From the NCBI GenBank assembly GCA_013152275.1, contig JAADGS010000030.1:62001-108438 (forward strand): a DNA stretch of 46,438 bases, written 5' to 3'. Each line of letters starts with the position of its first letter. Within the stretch, counting starts at the first letter, position 1. The notes beneath the pieces were generated by a model. That model worked only from the letters and a program-made list of their open reading frames with translations, made no database searches and was not told the DNA's origin. Positions 1 through 10,422 of this stretch are shown here, one piece after another. Source of the DNA: Actinomycetota bacterium (GTDB taxonomy: Bacteria; Actinomycetota; Acidimicrobiia; Spongiisociales; UBA4744). Made by a program: the position numbers and the translations under genes.

Positions 1-874
1 ACACCGCCTCGCGGTAGGTGAGCAGATCTGCAGGGTGGTAGCCGGGCGGCGACTCTCCGGTGACCACGACATCGTTCAGCAGGCTTTCGATGAGGGGGCG
101 GGCAGTGGCGACCGGCAGCGGCGTCACGAGTCCGACCAGCAGCGGCGACAGGCGCGAACTGAACAGCGGAAGCGGAATGACCCTTCGCTTCGGGAGCCCC
201 GCGACCTCGGCGTAGGTCTGCATCATCTCCTCATACGTGAGCACGTCCGGGCCGCCGATCTCGTAGATACGGCTGCCGGACCCGACGAAGTCCAGGGCAT
301 CCATCAGGATCTCGAGGACGTTGCGCACCGCGATCGGCTGGCAGCGCGTACAGATCCACCTCGGGCGCATCATTACCGGGAGCACCTCGGTCAGATGTCG
401 GATCATCTCGAACGACATCGATCCCGAACCGATGATGACCGCCGCCCGGAATTCGGTGACGGGTGTCTGTCCGGAAGCCAAGATTCGCCCCACCTCGTGG
501 CGGCTTCTGAGATGCGCCGACAACTCCTCATCGTCGGACCCGAGGCCGCCGAGATAGATGATGCGTTCGAGTCCGGCCTCGTCGGCGGCATCGCGAAAGT
601 TCTCCGCGGCGATACGATCCAGTTCGGCGAAGCCCCCCGACGTCTCCAACCCGTGGATCAGGTAGTACGCCGCATTGCACCCAGTGAGTGCGGCGCGCAG
701 CGTCTCAGGCTTCAAGGCGTCGGCGGCAACGACCTCCACATGATCCCTCCAGGGATCGAGTGTGAGCCGTGCAGGATCACGTGTCATACACCGGACCAGG
801 AACCCGCGTTCGAGCAGGCGCGGCACGAGACGTCCACCGATATAGCCGGTCGCGCCCGTGACGAGGACTTTCAC
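1..874 (-). CDS. NAD(P)-binding epimerase/SDR-like protein (YbjT-like), truncated at window edge
   Basis: Absent from the ORF track; read manually. GTG at 874 gives MKVLVTGATGYIGGRLVPRLLERG (Rossmann GxxGxxG). TAGGCT -10 box lies 7 nt upstream. Confidence 0.85.
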   Translation of the reverse strand, partial: MKVLVTGATGYIGGRLVPRLLERGFLVRCMTRDPARLTLDPWRDHVEVVAADALKPETLRAALTGCNAAYYLIHGLETSGGFAELDRIAAENFRDAADEAGLERIIYLGGLGSDDEELSAHLRSRHEVGRILASGQTPVTEFRAAVIIGSGSMSFEMIRHLTEVLPVMMRPRWICTRCQPIAVRNVLEILMDALDFVGSGSRIYEIGGPDVLTYEEMMQTYAEVAGLPKRRVIPLPLFSSRLSPLLVGLVTPLPVATARPLIESLLNDVVVTGESPPGYHPADLLTYREAV

Positions 875-931
875 TCCACGGAGCCTAGGAGACCGCCGGG
901 CAATGTATGGCACGCATCCCGACAGCCCGGC

Positions 932-2173
932 TCAAACGGTCGCCTTCTCGCGCTCGGCACGGATCATCGGCGACTCGTCGAGAAACCCCGTCAGGGCGAT
1001 GACGATGGTGGTCAGTGCGATGAACACCAGCATCGAGCCTGCCATGGAGCCGGTCACGTCCGACTTGAACGCATCCATCCCGAGGATGAACAAGATGCCG
1101 GAAACCTGCCCGGCCATCACGATGATTCCTTGCGACGTCGACTCTGGTGCCGGGTAGCCGATCTCGGCGCTGTACTGGAACCCAAGCGGGTAGGCACTCA
1201 TCATGAAGAACCCGAACACGAAACTCGAAACGAGCAGCAGCGGATAGCTGGCGGCAAACGCCAAACCCACGAGACCGGGGGCCATGCCGGCGACCGCCAT
1301 GACGAGGAACGGCTTGCGCCTTCGCGACCGATCCGACAACACCGACAGGATCCCCGCACCGAGAATCCCTCCGATCACCATCACCGCGCCGATCACGCCG
1401 GCCTGCTCGGGACCGAACCCCCGGGGGCTCACGATCTGTTCGATCCATGTGCTGATCGCGTTGAACATCCCCAAGCCGACAAAGAACAACAACAGCAGGA
1501 TCAGCATGTCCTTCTGTTTGAGGATGTGTCGAAGACCCTCGAACACCTTGAAACGCTCCATCTGGTCGGCCTCACTCGGCGCGGTGACCGGCCGCTCGCG
1601 AATCAGGACGAGAGCGGCGACCGCACCGATCATCGATGCGACTCCGTACGCCATCAGCATCCCCGACATCGCGAAACTCGAAACGAGATACGGTGTCGCC
1701 GCCATCGCGACGATGATCCCGATGAACTGGGCGAGGGATGGGAGCGCAGCAGCCGTCGCGCGTTCGGTGATCGGGAACCAGCGGGCACCAACCTTGGTGA
1801 TGGCATTCATCACGAACGGCTGGCCGACCGCAAGTCCGATCTGGGAAACGAGCACGAGCGTGTAGTCGGACGCCCAGATCCCGCGGGTCAACCCGAACAC
1901 GCCGGTCAGGACGGCGCCGATCCCGACGCCGACCCGGATTCCGTAGGTGTCGATGATGTAGGACGCGGGGATCGACATGATGATGAACACGATCATGAAG
2001 ACCATGGACAGCAGGCCGATCTCCAGCTCGGAGACCCGGTAATAGGCCGCCGCATCACCGGTCACCGCCGCGAACGTGATCCAGTTCATCTGCACCAGCG
2101 CGTTGATGAGCGAGAACACCCCGAGCACGACCCACCGATACCCATACAATCTGACGCTCGTCGCCTCGGCCAC
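932..2173 (-). CDS. MFS transporter
   Basis: About 12 hydrophobic segments with MFS-like loop motifs (SYIIDTYGIR, LSDRSRRRK). Start moved to GTG 2173, which follows a GGAGGT RBS. Confidence 0.9.
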   Translation of the reverse strand: MAEATSVRLYGYRWVVLGVFSLINALVQMNWITFAAVTGDAAAYYRVSELEIGLLSMVFMIVFIIMSIPASYIIDTYGIRVGVGIGAVLTGVFGLTRGIWASDYTLVLVSQIGLAVGQPFVMNAITKVGARWFPITERATAAALPSLAQFIGIIVAMAATPYLVSSFAMSGMLMAYGVASMIGAVAALVLIRERPVTAPSEADQMERFKVFEGLRHILKQKDMLILLLLFFVGLGMFNAISTWIEQIVSPRGFGPEQAGVIGAVMVIGGILGAGILSVLSDRSRRRKPFLVMAVAGMAPGLVGLAFAASYPLLLVSSFVFGFFMMSAYPLGFQYSAEIGYPAPESTSQGIIVMAGQVSGILFILGMDAFKSDVTGSMAGSMLVFIALTTIVIALTGFLDESPMIRAEREKATV

Positions 2174-2289
2174 CGCCTCACCTCCACGCTCACGACACCG
2201 TGCCAACCGGATCGCCACGGCGTCTCCGGGTTGCTGTTCTCTCGCTTCCGACTTCACAGACCGGCACATCCGTTACCATCGCGAACCTC

Positions 2290-4107
2290 ATGCCGGACTC
2301 CCCTTTCCGCAATGTTGCGTTGATCGCGCACGTCGACCATGGCAAAACCACCCTGGTCGACGCGATGCTGTCCGCAACCGGAGTGTTCTCGTCACACCAG
2401 GAACACGTCGATCGCATCTTGGATTCCAGCGATCAGGAGCGAGAGCGTGGCATCACGATTCTCGCCAAGGCCGCGTCCGTCGAATGGAAGGGAACGCGAA
2501 TCAACCTCGTCGACACTCCTGGGCACGCCGACTTCGGTGGCGAAGTGGAGCGGGCGCTCGCGCTCGTCGATGGGGTATTGCTGTTGATCGACGCTGCAGA
2601 GGGACCGATGCCGCAGACCCGCTACGTGCTCTCCAAGGCGCTCGCACGACACCTGCCGGCAGTCGTGGTGATCAACAAGGTGGACCGAGCCGATGCCAGG
2701 CTCGAAGAAGTCGTTAACGAAGTCTACGAGCTGTTCTTCGACCTCGATGCGTCCGACGACCACATCGAGTTTCCGATCATCTCGTCCATCGCCCGCCAGG
2801 GCCGTTCCATGGTCGGCATCGGGATGCCCGACGCCGACGCCGATCTCTCCCCACTTCTCGACGCCGTCGTCGAAACGATCCCGGCGGCCACAGGCGACCC
2901 GTCGGCCACACTCCAGGCACTCGTCACGAACCTCGATGCCTCCGATTACCTTGGACGGCTCGCCATCGGAAGGGTCGTCCAGGGAACGCTGAAGAGTGGA
3001 GAACGGGTCGCTCTCTGCCGGGCCGACGGCGCACCTCTGCGACGGCGGCTCACGCAACTCATGGGATTCGAGGGTCTCGGACGCATCGATGTCGACGAGC
3101 GAGTCGCAGGAGACCTCTTCGTCGTTGCGGGGTTCCCCGAGGTCGAGATCGGAGACACGCTCGCGGATGTTACGGACCCGCTCCCGCTCCCGCGGCTGAA
3201 GGTGGACGAGCCCGTTCTGAGAATGACCTTCGGTGTCAACACGTCCCCGCTTGCGGGGACCGACGGCCGCTTCCTCACGTCCCGACAGATCCGCGATCGG
3301 CTCGAGCGCGAGGTTCTCGGCAACGTGTCCATCCGGATCGGACAGACGGCCTCTCCCGAAGTCATCGAAGTGGCCGGGCGTGGCGAGCTTCAGCTGGCCG
3401 TGCTCATCGAGACGATGCGCAGAGAAGGTTTCGAACTTCAGGTGAGCCGTCCCGAAGCGATCACCCGTGAGATCGACGGCGTGACACACGAGCCCATCGA
3501 GCAGGCGATCATCGACGTTCCGGACGAGCACGTCGGGACCGTCACCCAGGCGGTCGCCCCCCGCAAGGGCACGATCATCGGTCTGGAGCCGGGAGAAACA
3601 GGCCGTACGATCATCACCGTCTCGGCTCCGTCGCGTGGGCTCATCGGGTTGCGCTCGCTGCTCATGACCGCCACCCGCGGCACCGCCCTCGTCCATCAGC
3701 AGCACGCCGGCTGGGCGCCGTGGGCCGGAGAGCTCCCTCACCGTCAGGGGGGTGCGATGATCTCGGATCGGGCCGGCAACTCGACCGGCTACGCCCTGGA
3801 CAACCTCCAGAAGCGCGGTCACCTGTTCATCGGTTCGGGTGAGCAGGTCTACGAGGGGATGGTCATCGGGGAAAGCTCCAGGCCGATGGACCTACCCTGC
3901 AACCCCACCAAGCCCAAGCAGCTGACCAACATCCGCACGCATGCATCGGACGAGGCGATCAAACTGAAGCCTCCCCGAAGGCTCACCCTCGAACTGGCCA
4001 TCGAGTGGATCGCCGACGATGAGCTGGTCGAAGTCACACCGAACGCGATCCGGGTCCGGAAACGGCTCCTGGGCGCCGGCGACCGCAAGCGCGCAAAGCT
4101 CTTGTGA
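2290..4107 (+). CDS. typA: Translational GTPase TypA/BipA
   Basis: [42 protein letters not shown], and C-terminal [13 protein letters not shown]. Confidence 0.97.
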   Translation: MPDSPFRNVALIAHVDHGKTTLVDAMLSATGVFSSHQEHVDRILDSSDQERERGITILAKAASVEWKGTRINLVDTPGHADFGGEVERALALVDGVLLLIDAAEGPMPQTRYVLSKALARHLPAVVVINKVDRADARLEEVVNEVYELFFDLDASDDHIEFPIISSIARQGRSMVGIGMPDADADLSPLLDAVVETIPAATGDPSATLQALVTNLDASDYLGRLAIGRVVQGTLKSGERVALCRADGAPLRRRLTQLMGFEGLGRIDVDERVAGDLFVVAGFPEVEIGDTLADVTDPLPLPRLKVDEPVLRMTFGVNTSPLAGTDGRFLTSRQIRDRLEREVLGNVSIRIGQTASPEVIEVAGRGELQLAVLIETMRREGFELQVSRPEAITREIDGVTHEPIEQAIIDVPDEHVGTVTQAVAPRKGTIIGLEPGETGRTIITVSAPSRGLIGLRSLLMTATRGTALVHQQHAGWAPWAGELPHRQGGAMISDRAGNSTGYALDNLQKRGHLFIGSGEQVYEGMVIGESSRPMDLPCNPTKPKQLTNIRTHASDEAIKLKPPRRLTLELAIEWIADDELVEVTPNAIRVRKRLLGAGDRKRAKLL

Positions 4108-4149
4108 CGTTTCGGCGGGTCTATCCGGGCCAACCGTCACGAGAACGAG
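4098..4149. repeat. Palindromic element family B, copy 1 (GTGACG-N25-CGTCACGAGAACG)
   Basis: Same arms, 25-nt spacer and TTCG..GGG.CTAT core as the copies at 9149 and 10370. Contains the stop codons of both convergent genes. Confidence 0.75.
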
Positions 4150-5198
4150 AAAAAGACCTTCACGAGACCCGGCTCGCAGGCCGCGAACCGCCGGTACATC
4201 TCCGGTCCTTGTTCGATCGGCACCCCAGGATGGGTGACGATGACCTCGGTTGGAATCGTCACCCTCCCCGCCGCCACGACCGGGAGAAGCCGCTCGAGTA
4301 CCGACCTGACGGGAGCGCGACCGCCACGGATCGTTGCGTTGCGGTCGTAGACGTCCACAGGGGTGAACGCGAACGCGTCGGCCGTCTGAACGGCAATGAT
4401 CGACAGCGTCCCGCCGGGTCTCAGAAGGCGAAACGCCAGTCCTTGCGCCGGGAGCGCACCGGCAGCTTCGATCACCGAAACGAACCCGCCCTCGGTCATC
4501 AGGTCGGCGACACTCTCGGCTTCTCGCGGATGCGCGGTGCGAGCCCCAAGCCGTTCGGCGCGCTTCCTCCGATCGTCGACGGGGTCGACCGCCAGGACGG
4601 GATCCGCACCCATCGTCTTCGCCGCGGCGACGGCGCTGAGGCCGACCGAACCCAGCCCGACAACGGCCGCCGCCCTGCCGGGGCGCACTGCGGCACGACG
4701 TGCCGCATGCCAGCCGGTCGGGAAGTTGTCGCTCAGTAGCAGCGCCGCCTCGTCCGAGATCCCTTCGGGGACCGCAACGAGGGTGCTCTCGGCGAGAGGC
4801 ACACGAAGGAACTCGGCCTGGCCTCCCTGCAGTGCAGGTTTCGACAGATCTGTCGCATCACCGTATCCGAACAGCTCTCCACGAGCACAGCGTGCGCTCA
4901 ACCCACTCCGGCAAGGATTGCACTCGCCGCAACTCGTCGTGAACGGCACCATGACCCGCTGACCGACCGACAGGCCCGAGACGGCACTGCCGGTCGCCGT
5001 GACTTCGCCAACGACCTCATGACCGGGGATCACGCCGAAGCGAACGACTTCTCGTCCCAGGTAGGGGTGCAGGTCCGAGCCACACAGCCCTGCCCGGTGG
5101 ACGGCGACGATCGCGTCCGTATCCGCCTCCAGTCGCGGATCGGGCAGGTCATCCCGAAACGTGATCGTTTCCACGCCGTCGAGCGTCAGACCTCGCAT
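4137..5198 (-). CDS. Zinc-dependent alcohol dehydrogenase (MDR family)
   Basis: CGSDLH, GHE, structural-zinc cluster CGECNPC..C, GLGSVG. TACCGT lies 7 nt before ATG 5198. Confidence 0.92.
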   Translation of the reverse strand: MRGLTLDGVETITFRDDLPDPRLEADTDAIVAVHRAGLCGSDLHPYLGREVVRFGVIPGHEVVGEVTATGSAVSGLSVGQRVMVPFTTSCGECNPCRSGLSARCARGELFGYGDATDLSKPALQGGQAEFLRVPLAESTLVAVPEGISDEAALLLSDNFPTGWHAARRAAVRPGRAAAVVGLGSVGLSAVAAAKTMGADPVLAVDPVDDRRKRAERLGARTAHPREAESVADLMTEGGFVSVIEAAGALPAQGLAFRLLRPGGTLSIIAVQTADAFAFTPVDVYDRNATIRGGRAPVRSVLERLLPVVAAGRVTIPTEVIVTHPGVPIEQGPEMYRRFAACEPGLVKVFFSFS

Positions 5199-5226
5199 AG
5201 GCAACACGGTAGCGACCCAAACCGCC

Positions 5227-5275
5227 GAACCCAGGGCTCGTAGGGGTCGCCACGACGCATACGAGCCCTGGGTTC
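5227..5275. repeat. 49-bp hairpin element family A, copy 1
   Basis: GAACCCAGGGCTCGTAGGGGTCG-CCA-CGACGCATACGAGCCCTGGGTTC; 21/23 bp paired; homologous to 19228 and 23646. Confidence 0.9.
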
Positions 5276-5295
5276 AAATGAACGTGGTCCCGATC

Positions 5296-6378
5296 TCAGG
5301 CGGGGTGGCTCTCCAGCAGCGTGGCGGCCCGAAGGAACTCGGTTTCGATCCGTTCGATCGTGTGCCGTGCCCATCGCACCGACAGCAGTGACGGAATGGC
5401 CTGCAACACCACCTGGAATGAACCACTCGGTCCCCGCCACGGTTCTCGACCGGACCGAGCGACGCAACCTCGGTAGTGCAGCTCCGTGAACCCCAGCATG
5501 AGCACCGCCGCCGTGCGCACCGCGACCGCCTGCTCGAAGCCGCCGAGCAGCCTCCGGTAGGCGGGAACGAGGCTCAGCGCACGGGCAACCAGCTCGTCGC
5601 GTACACGCTGGATCGTCTCTCGGATCTTGGTCGCGTCGCCCACATTGCCCAGATACGGTTTGAGCGCCGGGTGATACCCGATCCCCCTTGCGAGATCCTT
5701 CTCGACGTCCCTGGTGATATTGGCCAGTTGGATCATCTCCCCCACCGCAAACGCATCCCGCTCCACGGCCGCCGTCGGGACCTTGCCGCCGATCAGACCC
5801 AAGGCGAACAGGACCGGATTGCCGATCACGTTCCGGCAGTAGTGGGTCACCTGTTCGCCGTTGTTCAGGACACCGCCCTGACAGGCAAAGCGGTCCGTCG
5901 ACCACACCATCCCGTCCGCCATCGACCGGACGAGATCGGCGATCGACCGCTGCACGTCCGTGGAGAGACTCCGGTAGACGACATCGACGAGGCCACATCG
6001 ATCGACGAGGAGGAGATGGAGCCGATCCCGATCGTCGCGAGCCAGCGTGTCCGGAATCGGAACCGGCCGGGTGAGCCGGCCCCCCTCGAACCTGCGGGCG
6101 AAGTCGTCGAGGCGCTTTCCACGCTGCTCCGTGTCGGGGTACAGATCTTCGTATGTGTCGAGGATGCGACTGTACAGATAGGCCACGGCCGACGCCCTGG
6201 CCTTCTCGGCAGGAAGGATGACGATACTCGCCGCAAAGCTTCTCGCCGCGTGGGGCAGAACGCGCCAGACGAACCGCTCCGGATCGTCCTCCGCGGCCAG
6301 TGACCCGAGGTCGGGGTGGTCGCGGTTGGTGATCAACCCTCGAGCTAACAGCAGCAACCGAGAAAAACGGTGTCCCAT
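5296..6378 (-). CDS. Squalene/phytoene synthase family protein
   Basis: ARSF, YLYSRILDTYED (first Asp-rich motif), YC, QLANITRDVEKD (second motif). Confidence 0.85.
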   Translation of the reverse strand: MGHRFSRLLLLARGLITNRDHPDLGSLAAEDDPERFVWRVLPHAARSFAASIVILPAEKARASAVAYLYSRILDTYEDLYPDTEQRGKRLDDFARRFEGGRLTRPVPIPDTLARDDRDRLHLLLVDRCGLVDVVYRSLSTDVQRSIADLVRSMADGMVWSTDRFACQGGVLNNGEQVTHYCRNVIGNPVLFALGLIGGKVPTAAVERDAFAVGEMIQLANITRDVEKDLARGIGYHPALKPYLGNVGDATKIRETIQRVRDELVARALSLVPAYRRLLGGFEQAVAVRTAAVLMLGFTELHYRGCVARSGREPWRGPSGSFQVVLQAIPSLLSVRWARHTIERIETEFLRAATLLESHPA

Positions 6379-6472
6379 GGCCCCATCAAGGTAGCAGCGC
6401 GATGCGGCTCACCGGAAAGGGCCGAACGGCCCTGGTCGCGCCGGGTGGACGCGCGTAACACTGGGGACGGTC

Positions 6473-6961
6473 ATGCGATCGGCACATCCCACAACCCGGC
6501 AGGTCTGGCGAGACGTCGAACGTCACCTATTCGGAGTCCTCGCGTGGGTGACCCCGGCCGGGGAGGCCCGCAGCGCGGGCATCGTCTACACCGTCGCAGA
6601 TCACCGCATCTACATCGTCACGGGACCCCGAACGTGGAAGGCACGCCACATAGCCGACAACCCGCACGTGTCGATCACCATCACGATACCCAAACGGGTG
6701 CCACTGATGCCCTGGGTCAAGATTCCCGCCGCCGCCATCACGTTCCATGGCGACGCGGTGATCCACCCCATCGGCGAAGCCCCGCCTCCGATCCTGCACG
6801 CCCTGCTGCGCGGTCTCGAAAAGAAGGTCGCAGATCTGGATATGTGCCTGATCGAGATCACCCCGGTTGGGCACTTCGTCACCTACGGGATCGGCGTGCC
6901 GATGCTCGTCATGCGGCACCCGGAACGTGCGTCGGCACGGGTCCCCGTCTCCCCGGAATAG
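6473..6961 (+). CDS. Pyridoxamine 5'-phosphate oxidase-like (split-barrel flavin/F420-binding) protein
   Basis: GVLAWVTPAGEARS...KARHIADNPHVSITI pattern. Confidence 0.75.
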   Translation: MRSAHPTTRQVWRDVERHLFGVLAWVTPAGEARSAGIVYTVADHRIYIVTGPRTWKARHIADNPHVSITITIPKRVPLMPWVKIPAAAITFHGDAVIHPIGEAPPPILHALLRGLEKKVADLDMCLIEITPVGHFVTYGIGVPMLVMRHPERASARVPVSPE

Positions 6962-7012
6962 CCGACCGCACCGGCTGTTTCGCGTAGGCTGCAAAACGAA
7001 CACCGGAGGTAT

Positions 7013-9148
7013 GTGTTGGATCGCATAGGCCGCCTCCTCGTCGAACGGTCGGGGCGAGTACTGGTCGTCACCGGCGTCATCACCCTGGTTGCGATCGCGA
7101 TGCTCTTTCGCTTGCGCGTCAACGCCGACGTCACCCAGTTCCTCACCTCGGGCAACGAGCGGGGTGAAGCCTGGGTCGCGCTCCAGGACAAATACGACAC
7201 CGCCGATCCGATCAACGTGCTCGTCTCGGTGCCGGAAGGAAAGACGATCTCCGACAAGGATGTCCTGATCGAACTGGTCCAGCTGCGTGACCGCCTCACG
7301 GCACTCGATGATGTCGCGCATGTCGGGTCCATCATCCCCGCCGTCAACCCGCTCACCGGGGCAGCCATCACCCCGGAGATGATCAATGCAGTCCCGGAAG
7401 CCATGATCGCCAGGTTCCTTTCTCAGAACCCGGTTGCCGATCTGCTCGTCAGCGACGACGGCAGACACACCCTCATGGTTGTGGTTCCTTCAGGTGACCC
7501 GGTGCGGGTGGCGCGTGAGCTCACCGGCATCAAACCGCCGGAGGGCCTGAAAGTGAACTACTCGGGCAACCCGGTGATCTTTGCGACGGTGCTCGACATG
7601 ATCGGCTGGTTCCTGCTGTTCATCCCGCCTGCGGTCATCATCCTGCTGCTGCTCACGTTCTTCGCAAACATCGGTGACCGCAAGCTCACGATTCTGTCCA
7701 TCATCCCGGCCCTGCTCGGCGCACTCTGGACCTTCGGTCTGATCTTCGGGCTCGGCCTTGAGGTCGACATCGTCTCGGTCCTCGTGCCCATCTATGTGAT
7801 CGTCATGGGCTCCGCCGACGGCCTGCATTTCGTCACCCACTATCAAGAAGCCTCGGAGCGTACCGAGGACCCGGTAGCTCGCGTCACCTCCACACTCCGA
7901 CAGGTCGGGGTCCCGATGATCCTCACGACGATCAGCACCGCCGCCGGGTTCCTTTCCCTACTCGTCACCGGGGTCAGACCCATTCAGCAGCTCGGCCTGT
8001 TCACCGCCATCGGGATCGGGCTCGCCGGCGTCGTCTCGTTCTTTTTCCTCCCCGCGCTGCTCAGCCGCTTGGACATCGAGCCGAAGCACCATACGGCGAT
8101 CCTTGGACCGCGCGTCACCGCCGCCATCAAGGCGCTCGCGCGACCACGCTGGATCGCCGCCGTCCTGTCCGTGGGCCTGATCGCCTTCTCCGCGGTCTTC
8201 ATCCCTCGCCTCCAGGTCGACTCCGATCAGCTCTTCTTCATCAAGGAGAACCATCCCCTCCGCCAGAGCTTCAACGAGACGGCGGAGATCTTCGGCGGTG
8301 CCACACCGTTGATCGGCGAGTTCGTCTACGACCCGAACGGCGGTCCGGAGCAGCTGACACATCTCGAGACGCTGGAGCGGGACTTCGAACGGCTGCCGGG
8401 AGTGCGCACCGTCTTCTCGGCGGCCGATCTGGCCGGAAAGATCCCGCCTGCCGAGATGGATGCCGTCCTCGCGGGAACGGCGGCGTTGCCGCTCGGCCGG
8501 ATGGCATCACAGGACGGGTTGCGCTTCATCGTGTTCCCGGGACCGTTCGAGACCAAGGATCTGCGTGCCTGGCTCGACTTCGCGGACACCCACGCCGAGA
8601 TCCGCGTCCTGACCGGCATGCCCGTTCTCTGGGACGAGATCGCCAGGCTCGTGATTCGCGCCCAGATCGGGTCGCTCATCGCCGCCTACGTCCTCGTCGC
8701 CTTGATGCTGCTCATCGCGTATCGCAAGGTGCGCCAAACCCTGGTGGCCCTCGCCCCGCTGGTCCTGACGACCGGCACCCTGCTGGGGTTCATCGCCGCA
8801 TCCGGCATCCAGTTGAATCTCGTCACGGCGATCGCCTCGTCGATCGTCATCGGCGTCGGCATCGACTACTCGATCCACTTCGTTGCCGCGATCGACTACG
8901 CGCGTCCGGCCGGAGACGGCTACATCCTGCGGGCCATCGACAGCGCCGGCCGCCCGATCGTCGCCAACGCGCTCGGCATCGCCCTGGCGCTGAGTGCGCT
9001 GTGGCTGTCGCCGCTGAAGATCCATCCGGAGATCTCGATGATCATGTGGGTCTCGATGACGACCGCCGCCGTGACCGCGCTCGTGGTCATCCCGGCGCTC
9101 CTGCCCGCGGCGGGGATGCGCGAGCCGGCGCCGAACTCGAACCCTTGA
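7013..9148 (+). CDS. MMPL/RND family transporter
   Basis: Two repeats of TM + extracytoplasmic domain + 5 TMs; GSADGLHF and GVGIDYSIHF motifs; GGAGGT RBS. Confidence 0.9.
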   Translation: MLDRIGRLLVERSGRVLVVTGVITLVAIAMLFRLRVNADVTQFLTSGNERGEAWVALQDKYDTADPINVLVSVPEGKTISDKDVLIELVQLRDRLTALDDVAHVGSIIPAVNPLTGAAITPEMINAVPEAMIARFLSQNPVADLLVSDDGRHTLMVVVPSGDPVRVARELTGIKPPEGLKVNYSGNPVIFATVLDMIGWFLLFIPPAVIILLLLTFFANIGDRKLTILSIIPALLGALWTFGLIFGLGLEVDIVSVLVPIYVIVMGSADGLHFVTHYQEASERTEDPVARVTSTLRQVGVPMILTTISTAAGFLSLLVTGVRPIQQLGLFTAIGIGLAGVVSFFFLPALLSRLDIEPKHHTAILGPRVTAAIKALARPRWIAAVLSVGLIAFSAVFIPRLQVDSDQLFFIKENHPLRQSFNETAEIFGGATPLIGEFVYDPNGGPEQLTHLETLERDFERLPGVRTVFSAADLAGKIPPAEMDAVLAGTAALPLGRMASQDGLRFIVFPGPFETKDLRAWLDFADTHAEIRVLTGMPVLWDEIARLVIRAQIGSLIAAYVLVALMLLIAYRKVRQTLVALAPLVLTTGTLLGFIAASGIQLNLVTAIASSIVIGVGIDYSIHFVAAIDYARPAGDGYILRAIDSAGRPIVANALGIALALSALWLSPLKIHPEISMIMWVSMTTAAVTALVVIPALLPAAGMREPAPNSNP

Positions 9149-9201
9149 CCCGTTTTCGTGACGGTTCGTTGGGACTATTCCCGTGAAGCGTCACGAGAAC
9201 G
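9107..9201 (+). repeat. ~95-bp direct repeat copy 1 (MMPL 3' end plus family B palindrome 9149-9203)
   Basis: 7 mismatches in 95 nt versus 10328-10422 by manual alignment. Confidence 0.9.
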
Positions 9202-9678
9202 GGGGCCGGCTGCCCAGAATGCAAGCAACGCCAGCGCCAACGCCGCCAGCCCCAGAGCACCCCAGCCCCAACGAAGCGTGCTCTCGGAGTATCCCTCTTG
9301 CGGAGCACCGGTCGTGCCCGATCCCTCGAGCCCGAGAAACCCCGGATCGACCCCGAGCGTCGCCAGGGTCACCGGCTCCGACATGTCGCTGCCTCCGCCG
9401 GCTCTGATCGCCTCGAACACCACCACGAGATTACTCACCTCGGTCTCTGTGGTCCCGCCCCATTCACCCGCACCGAGTGGCGCCAATCCAACGATTGCCT
9501 CCCCGCCTCCGATATCGACCAGGTGAGCAACGACGGCGTCTGCCTCGCCCGCAACCTCAACGGTCAGCGTCACTTCCATCCTGCCGCCGGAGACCGGCGC
9601 CGCCGAGGCGGTCGCGTCCCCAAAGGCACCGCCGAGGACCGCGGCAGAGAGAAGAATCGCAGAGAGCAGACGCAGCAT
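9175..9678 (-). CDS. Hypothetical exported protein with C-terminal membrane anchor
   Basis: Signal-like N-terminus MLRLLSAILLSAAVLGG..ASA, C-terminal TM WGWGALGLAALALALLAFW. TATCCT lies 6 nt before the ATG. Confidence 0.7.
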   Translation of the reverse strand: MLRLLSAILLSAAVLGGAFGDATASAAPVSGGRMEVTLTVEVAGEADAVVAHLVDIGGGEAIVGLAPLGAGEWGGTTETEVSNLVVVFEAIRAGGGSDMSEPVTLATLGVDPGFLGLEGSGTTGAPQEGYSESTLRWGWGALGLAALALALLAFWAAGPRSRDASRE

Positions 9679-9720
9679 GCCGCGAGGATAGGGCTGCTGC
9701 ATGCCGGTAGCCTTGCTTCC

Positions 9721-10275
9721 ATGCGACGCATCGATACCACACTCATTCGTGTGATCACCGGGGATCTCACCCGCCAGGACGTCGACGCTATCGTCAACGC
9801 CGCCAATGAGCATCTCGCTCACGGAGGCGGGGTCGCCGCGGCGATCGCCAAAGCAGGAGGAAGCTCCGTGCAGCGTGAGTCGACTGCGTGGGTCCGCGAG
9901 CACGGCCCGGTCGCACCAGGACACGCTGCGGTCACGACCGCGGGAGCCATGCCGGCGCGCCACGTGATCCATGTGGTCGGGCCCCGCTACCGAACGGGTC
10001 AGGACAACGAAGGCATGCTGCGCGAAGCGGTGGAGGCGGCGCTCGACGCCGCACTCGCACACGGCGACCGCTCCATCGCGTTCCCGGCGATCTCGGCCGG
10101 CATCTTCGGCTATCCCCGTGCCGAGGCGACACGGGTTCTCGCCGATGCGGTCGTGACGTGGGTCTCGGCCCACCCCGGGGCTCTCGACGAGGTTCGCCTC
10201 GTCGGCTACGACGACGCCACCGCTGCCGATTTCGCCGTCGCGCTGGAACGGTCCGGTGAGGAGTCCGCCGAGTGA
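9721..10275 (+). CDS. Macro domain protein (YmdB/MacroD-like ADP-ribose hydrolase)
   Basis: GDLT..DAIVNAAN..GGGVAAAI, VIHVVGP, FPAISAGIFGYP. TAGCCT lies 7 nt before the ATG. Confidence 0.93.
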   Translation: MRRIDTTLIRVITGDLTRQDVDAIVNAANEHLAHGGGVAAAIAKAGGSSVQRESTAWVREHGPVAPGHAAVTTAGAMPARHVIHVVGPRYRTGQDNEGMLREAVEAALDAALAHGDRSIAFPAISAGIFGYPRAEATRVLADAVVTWVSAHPGALDEVRLVGYDDATAADFAVALERSGEESAE

Positions 10276-10327
10276 TGCAGGTTCTCCGGTACCCGCCATC
10301 GCAACCTCAGATTGGCACAAGACCGTA

Positions 10328-10422
10328 GCGGCGGGGACGCGTGAGCCGGCACCCAACTCGAACCCTTGACCCGTTCTCGTGACGGTTCGCTGGGACTATT
10401 CCCGTCAAGCGTCACGAGAACG
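10328..10422 (+). repeat. ~95-bp direct repeat copy 2 (includes family B palindrome 10370-10422)
   Basis: Matches 9107-9201; arms CGTTCTCGTGACG / CGTCACGAGAACG are perfectly complementary. Confidence 0.9.

Noticed and set aside
35..2323. 762-aa + strand ORF
   Set aside because: It is in exact codon register antisense to two real minus-strand genes (epimerase and MFS). Its Arg/His/Asp-rich composition is typical of high-GC shadow ORFs.
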